30,802 bases of DNA from Opitutales bacterium (lineage in GTDB: Bacteria; Verrucomicrobiota; Verrucomicrobiia; Opitutales; UBA953), in assembly GCA_031555005.1 (NCBI GenBank), contig JAVBUU010000064.1:1-30802 (forward strand), read 5' to 3'. The position numbers and the translations under genes were made by a program. Below are positions 26,258-30,802 of this stretch, piece by piece (the stretch's first letter is position 1; each line of letters opens with the position of its first letter). Under the pieces are notes generated by a model. That model saw only the letters and a list, made by a program, of their open reading frames with translations, ran no database searches and had not been told where the DNA came from.

Positions 26258-28879
26258 TTATGGCGCGACGCTTTTTATCGTCAGCGTGCCGGCGGCGAGA
26301 TTGGCGCTTTCCGCCGTCAGCGTGATGTCGCCGGCGCGGGTGCCGGCTTGGAGAATCGTCGGTGCTATGCCGGCTTCGGCGGTGCTCGTCGCAGGCATGG
26401 CGAGGCGCGCGTCGCCGGCGGTGATTTTGAACGTCACCGGGATTTTATTTTCCGAAACAACGATTGTGCCGTCGGCATCGACGATGTCGGCGTAAACGAA
26501 AATCGCGTCGGCGCCGTCGGCGGCAAGCGGGCGTCCGAGCGTTGCGGCGCGCAGGCGGAGCGCGGCGGGTTTGCCGGGCGTTTTTGAAACGGATTCGGCG
26601 ACGGCTTTGCCGGCGATGTAGCCGATGGCTTTGAGTTCTCCTTGTGCGTAATTTACCGGCACGAAGGTGAACGGCGGATGCGTGAGTTGTTTGCAGTTGC
26701 CGCCGTCAAAAATCGCTTTGGCGGATTTGTCGCCCTTGGCTTTGCCGGCTTGCGTGGCGGCGAAGGTGTCGGTGTTTGTCGCGAAATACATCGGGTCGGC
26801 TTCGATGCGATACGCGCCGTAATCGGTGTCGGGGCCGGAATCGGGTTTTTGCCGGGCGATTTCTTTGCCGTTTAAGACGAGCGCGACTTCGTCGCAATTC
26901 GAGTAAACGACGACCTTTGTCGGCGTCGCGCGCTCGGTCCATGTGTTGGCGATGCGCACGGTCGGGCCGGTGAAATCGGCGTTGCCGGCGAATGTCGCCG
27001 GTGTCGCCGGGCGTTGGCTTTGGAAGAAATAAAATCCCGGTTTCGGCAGCCGGTAATAATCGACTGCGCCCCATTGCGAGCCGAGTCCGGCGCCGGTTTC
27101 GTCGAGTTTGTCGAAGTTGCTGAGGTTGTCGTTGAACGCCCAAATCGCTTGGCCGATGGTGTGTTTCCACGAAAGATTTTTGTTCAGCGACCATTGCCAA
27201 TTCCAGGCTTGGCGAAGCAGTTTTTCTTCGTCGGCGCCGCGCGGGACGCGTGTCGTGCTGCGCTGGCCGCCGAATTCGTAATCGGAGTATTCGCGGTGGA
27301 GGCCTTGTTTTATGCGGCTGTCGGGGTGAACGGTGCGGTTGTAAAAACCGGACCAAACGGAGTAGGGCACTTCGTAGTGCGAAACTTTTTTCGAGGCGTG
27401 CGTGTCGCCGCAGGTGAGCATTTGGTCGCCGGGATATTCTTCGTGCGCGATTGCGGCGCATTCGGCGTAGTAGTCGTCGCGGCCGTAGGTTTCGTTCAGG
27501 CTGACTTCCCAGAGCATCGCGCTCGCGTGGTTGCGGTGCCAACGCACCATTTCGCGAATGTTCTTTTTGCCTTCGCTTTTGAAGGAGTCGTTGTTTGCGA
27601 AAAATTGCCAGCCGGGCGTGCAGACAATCGCGATGAGGCCGAGTTCGTCGCAGGCGTCCATGACGGCTTCGTTTTGCGGATAATGCGCGAGGCGGACGAA
27701 GTTGAATCCGGCGTCTTTGATCAGGCGCAGGTCGCGATACTGCATGTTGTCGGCGGCGGCGTTGCCGAGCCACGGGTAATTCATGTGCCGGTTCGCGCCG
27801 GAGAGCATGACGTGTTTTCCGTTGAGGAAAAATCCGTCGTCGGTCGCCGCAACCGTGCGAATGCCGAAGCGCGTTTTTACGGCGTCGCAGAGGACTCCGT
27901 TTTTCGTGATGGTCGAGACGAGCGTGTAGAGCGCCGGCGTTTCGGGCGACCAAAGTTGCGCGTTTTTGATTTCGAGTGTTCCGGCAAAAGTGCGGTGCTT
28001 GCCGGGCGCGAGTTTGCCGGTTGGTGCGTTGTCGGCGGAGGCGGCGACTTCGTTGCCGGCGGGGTCGAGAACGATGTGTTTAATGGAAATTTTTTCGGAT
28101 TTTGCGCCGTCGTTGCGCACGTCGGTTTGCGCGAAAATTTCGGCGCTGCCGCCGGTGATTTTTTCCGTGCGGACAAAAACGCCGCCGCCGGCCGGCACGT
28201 CGGCCTCGACTGCGTCGGTAATGTGCACCGGGTCGGTGACGACGAGGCGCACGTTGCGGTAAAGGCCGCCGTGGTAAGTGAAATCGACGTTGTCTTTGCC
28301 GGGCGGAAAGAGGGCGTTGGCGCGGTTGTCGAGATGCAGCGCGACGGTGATTTTTTCGCCGGGCGCGCCGGTAACGGATTTCGAGATCGGCAGCGTGAAC
28401 GGCAGGTAGCCGCCGAGGTGCGTGAGCGCGAATTTTCCGTTCACCCAAACATCGGCTTTTTGCATCGCGCCTTCGAAGTAAAGTGAGACGTTTTTATTTT
28501 TCCAATCCGCCGGCACGTCGAACGTTTTGCGATACCAGCATTCGCCTTTGTAATAATTTTTCCCGGCATACGGACTTTCGGATTTTACGGCGTGCGGGAG
28601 GTTGACGCGTTCCCACGAAGCGGCGTCGAAATCCGGTGCCGCCGGTTTTGCGGTAAGCGCGCCGGCGTCGCCGGCGACGTCGAAATTTTCGAGCGAGAAC
28701 GCCCAATCGAGATTAACGTTTTTCGCGCGCGATTCGGCGACTGCGGCGATTTTTGCTTCGTCGGCATTTTTTCCGCAAGGCGCGCATGCCGCGACAAGCC
28801 CGGCAACGACAACGAGCAAGGCTCGGAGGGTTGCGCTTTTTAGGCGCGCCGAGTTAACAATGGATTTCTTTTCGAACAT
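26258..28879 (-). CDS. Glycoside hydrolase family 2 (beta-galactosidase-like), probable lipoprotein
   Basis: 873 aa. WYRKTF, YFEGAMQ, HLGGYLPF, GGLYRNV, RFGIR, FVRLAHYPQ, acid/base WEVSLNE, nucleophile region HREY, and C-terminal DUF4982/Ig-like modules. Lipobox-like LVAA|C after a basic N-region. Confidence 0.92.
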   Translation of the reverse strand: MFEKKSIVNSARLKSATLRALLVVVAGLVAACAPCGKNADEAKIAAVAESRAKNVNLDWAFSLENFDVAGDAGALTAKPAAPDFDAASWERVNLPHAVKSESPYAGKNYYKGECWYRKTFDVPADWKNKNVSLYFEGAMQKADVWVNGKFALTHLGGYLPFTLPISKSVTGAPGEKITVALHLDNRANALFPPGKDNVDFTYHGGLYRNVRLVVTDPVHITDAVEADVPAGGGVFVRTEKITGGSAEIFAQTDVRNDGAKSEKISIKHIVLDPAGNEVAASADNAPTGKLAPGKHRTFAGTLEIKNAQLWSPETPALYTLVSTITKNGVLCDAVKTRFGIRTVAATDDGFFLNGKHVMLSGANRHMNYPWLGNAAADNMQYRDLRLIKDAGFNFVRLAHYPQNEAVMDACDELGLIAIVCTPGWQFFANNDSFKSEGKKNIREMVRWHRNHASAMLWEVSLNETYGRDDYYAECAAIAHEEYPGDQMLTCGDTHASKKVSHYEVPYSVWSGFYNRTVHPDSRIKQGLHREYSDYEFGGQRSTTRVPRGADEEKLLRQAWNWQWSLNKNLSWKHTIGQAIWAFNDNLSNFDKLDETGAGLGSQWGAVDYYRLPKPGFYFFQSQRPATPATFAGNADFTGPTVRIANTWTERATPTKVVVYSNCDEVALVLNGKEIARQKPDSGPDTDYGAYRIEADPMYFATNTDTFAATQAGKAKGDKSAKAIFDGGNCKQLTHPPFTFVPVNYAQGELKAIGYIAGKAVAESVSKTPGKPAALRLRAATLGRPLAADGADAIFVYADIVDADGTIVVSENKIPVTFKITAGDARLAMPATSTAEAGIAPTILQAGTRAGDITLTAESANLAAGTLTIKSVAP

Positions 28880-28997
28880 AAGCGGAGTTGTTTAGGGCGT
28901 GTGATACACGTTTATGTTCCGCCGATGCGCGAATTCTTACGAACCGGCGCGTGATTCCCTGATTTTTAAAGTTGAAGGGATCGCCCCTCCATTGTTT

Positions 28998-29618
28998 TTA
29001 CCGGATAAAATTTGTCCACGCGCGCTCCTCCGCCGCCGGCGGCGGGATGCCCGCTTTTTTTCCGGCGTCGATGCTCTTCAGGAGCCATGCCATGTTGGCG
29101 CCGAGCCGCCGGAGTGTTTGCATGCCTTCCGCGTCGCGCATGACTTCTTCCGGCGTGTTGCCGTGAACCATGTTCCAATACTGCGACGTGACCATCGGCA
29201 TATTGTTTATCGCGAAATATTTGTTTAGTTGGTCGAGTGCGGCGGTCGCACCGCCTCGCCGGCAACTTACAATCGCCGCCGCCGGTTTCAGCCAAAATTT
29301 TTGGCCTTTGCCGTAAAACACGCGGTCGAGAAATGACGTCATCATGCCGGAAGCCGCCGCGTAATGTACCGGCGAGCCGAACACGAAAGCATCGAAATTT
29401 TCGGATTTTTCCAAGAACTCGTTCACGACGTCGTCGATGATACATTCGAGCGTCTCAATGCATTTTTTGCAAGCGAGGCAGCCGGAGACCGGCTTTGTGC
29501 CGAGTTGGAAAATCTCGGTGCCGACGCCGGCGGCTTCGAGTGATTTTGCGACTTCGGCGAGCGCCGTGTATGTGCAACCGCGGGCATGCGGACTTCCGTT
29601 GACGAGGAGGACGTTCAT
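28998..29618 (-). CDS. Iron-sulfur flavoprotein / multimeric flavodoxin family protein (NADPH-dependent FMN reductase fold)
   Basis: MNVLLVNGSPH, compact CX2CX2CX5C motif (CLACKKCIETLEC), FGSPVHY and YWNMVHG. ATG 29618 is preferred over TTG 29654. Confidence 0.9.
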   Translation of the reverse strand: MNVLLVNGSPHARGCTYTALAEVAKSLEAAGVGTEIFQLGTKPVSGCLACKKCIETLECIIDDVVNEFLEKSENFDAFVFGSPVHYAAASGMMTSFLDRVFYGKGQKFWLKPAAAIVSCRRGGATAALDQLNKYFAINNMPMVTSQYWNMVHGNTPEEVMRDAEGMQTLRRLGANMAWLLKSIDAGKKAGIPPPAAEERAWTNFIR

Positions 29619-29640
29619 GCCGCCGTTTTTGCCGGAGCCG

Positions 29641-29820
29641 CCGGGGAACGACAATTTCCAAATTGTCGACGGGCGACCGGGTGCCGAGAAAATAAAACCG
29701 CGTGTCGGGCGATGAACGGCGGCTCAATTGCTCCGGGCAAGGCAAGTTAGCCGTTCATAACGCCGGTTTCGTTTTTTCTTTTCCGGTCGTCCGTCGACGC
29801 CCGGAGATCGTCGCCCTCGG
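29641..29820 (+). ncRNA. ~180-nt rod-like hairpin RNA candidate (6S/SsrS-like)
   Basis: Nested stems found by hand, including a 16-bp stem 29665-29680/29783-29798 and a 9-bp stem 29712-29720/29750-29758. Four G-U pairs work only on the plus strand. A plus-strand U-tract terminator lies downstream. The family is unverified. Confidence 0.45.
29649..29668. promoter_or_regulatory. Perfect dyad CGACAATTT-CC-AAATTGTCG, candidate operator upstream of the flavoprotein gene
   Basis: 9-bp perfect inverted repeat with a 2-nt spacer, about 30 bp upstream of ATG 29618. Confidence 0.4.
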
Positions 29821-29866
29821 AAGCGTGTAATTACTTTCCGGATACACCTCGCCGGCATCCGGGCAC

Positions 29867-29899
29867 AAAAAAACCCGGCATGCTTGCCGGGCTTTTTTT
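29867..29899. terminator. Bidirectional intrinsic terminator downstream of rplM-rpsI
   Basis: A7-CCCGGCA-TGCT-TGCCGGG-C-T7: a perfect 7-bp stem with T tracts available on both strands. Confidence 0.88.
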
Positions 29900-29915
29900 C
29901 GACGTTTGCCGAGGA

Positions 29916-30314
29916 TTAGCGTTTCGAGAATTGGAAACGTTTGCGCGCGCCGGGTTGGCCGCTCTTTTTGCGTTCCTTCATCCGGCCGTCGCGGGTGAGC
30001 AAGCCGGCTTTTTTGAGCGCAATGCGGGCTTCGGGCGTCATTTTTTCAATGGCGCGCGCGAGGCCGTGCGAAACGGCTCCGGCTTGGCTGTTGGGGCCGC
30101 CGCCGACTACATTGACGGAGACATCGAGCGCGCCTTCTTTTTCCGCAACCGTAAGCGGGCGGGCGGCGACTTTTGCCAACGTTTCCGTGTAGCAGTAAGT
30201 TTCGAGGGGCTTGTCGTTGACGACGAATTTGCCGGTGCCGGCGGTGATGCGGACGCGTGCCGAAGAGGTTTTGCGGCGGCCGACGGCGACAAAGGTGTCT
30301 GTTGTTTCGCTCAT
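29916..30314 (-). CDS. rpsI: 30S ribosomal protein S9
   Basis: GRRKTSSARV, VVGGG..SQAGAV.HG, LTRDGRMKERKK and the C-terminal QFSKR. Confidence 0.98.
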   Translation of the reverse strand: MSETTDTFVAVGRRKTSSARVRITAGTGKFVVNDKPLETYCYTETLAKVAARPLTVAEKEGALDVSVNVVGGGPNSQAGAVSHGLARAIEKMTPEARIALKKAGLLTRDGRMKERKKSGQPGARKRFQFSKR

Positions 30315-30339
30315 GTGCGTGAATTTTTTGAATTAAACG

Positions 30340-30771
30340 TTATCCCTTGAAGGCGACGGGATTTTGCGCGGTGTGCGGGTGGTCTTCGCCGGCATAAACT
30401 TTGAGTTTTTTGATCATCGCGTTGGCGAGTTTATTCTTGGGGAGCATGCCTTTGACGGCGTGTTCGAGAATGAACGCCGGCTTGTGCTTGCGCATGAACT
30501 CGACGTTGCGGCGATATGCCGTGCCGACCCAACCGGTGTAAAACATGTAGGTTTTATCGGTTTCTTTATTGCCGGTAAATTGGACTTTGTCGGCGTTGAT
30601 GACGACAACATAGTCGCCGGTGTCAACGTGAGGCGTGTAGGTAGGTTTATGGCGTCCGCGCAATATGGCAGCGATCTTGACGGCGAGGCGTCCGAGCACT
30701 TGATCCTTGGCGTCGACGACATACCATGTCTTCTCGGTATCGTTCGCGGTCTTGGCTAACGTAGTTTTCAT
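30340..30771 (-). CDS. rplM: 50S ribosomal protein L13
   Basis: WYVVDA, LGRLA, GRHKPTYTPHVDTGD, AVKGMLPKN and HPHTAQNP. Forms the canonical rplM-rpsI pair. Confidence 0.98.
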   Translation of the reverse strand: MKTTLAKTANDTEKTWYVVDAKDQVLGRLAVKIAAILRGRHKPTYTPHVDTGDYVVVINADKVQFTGNKETDKTYMFYTGWVGTAYRRNVEFMRKHKPAFILEHAVKGMLPKNKLANAMIKKLKVYAGEDHPHTAQNPVAFKG

Positions 30772-30802
30772 TTTGAAAAAGGAAGCGGGGAAGGTGGGAA
30801 GC

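Noticed and set aside
29700-29760. SRP RNA or tRNA identity for the long hairpin
   Set aside because: No SRP domain IV signature (CAGG-GNRA-AGCA) and no cloverleaf or T-loop.

Overview
GC-rich bacterial chromosomal window. Gene style and content suggest Verrucomicrobiota (Opitutales-like); this is inference, not proven. From left to right: (1) an 11-gene type II secretion cluster on the minus strand, transcribed gspG-H-I-J-K-L-M-D-(C-like)-E-F, with gspF running off the window edge; (2) prfA, divergent from gspG; (3) a minus-strand pair, squalene-hopene cyclase shc plus a YtqB/MnmM-type methyltransferase; (4) an isolated complex I membrane-arm module nuoJKLMN, divergent from shc, with no nuoA-I in the window; (5) a minus-strand run rplM-rpsI, iron-sulfur flavoprotein, GH2 glycosidase (probable lipoprotein), aroK, mutS, carA. 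I found no CRISPR array, rRNA, tRNA, transposase or prophage gene. The most interesting unexplained signals are a ~180-nt plus-strand hairpin (6S-like ncRNA candidate) at 29641-29820, a secretin with an extra N-terminal N-type domain paired with a signal-peptide-bearing GspC-like partner, an orphan shc back-to-back with orphan nuoJ-N, heptamer-built intergenic repeats, and C-rich start regions without Shine-Dalgarno sites. All protein calls come from motif recognition by eye; no database search was run.
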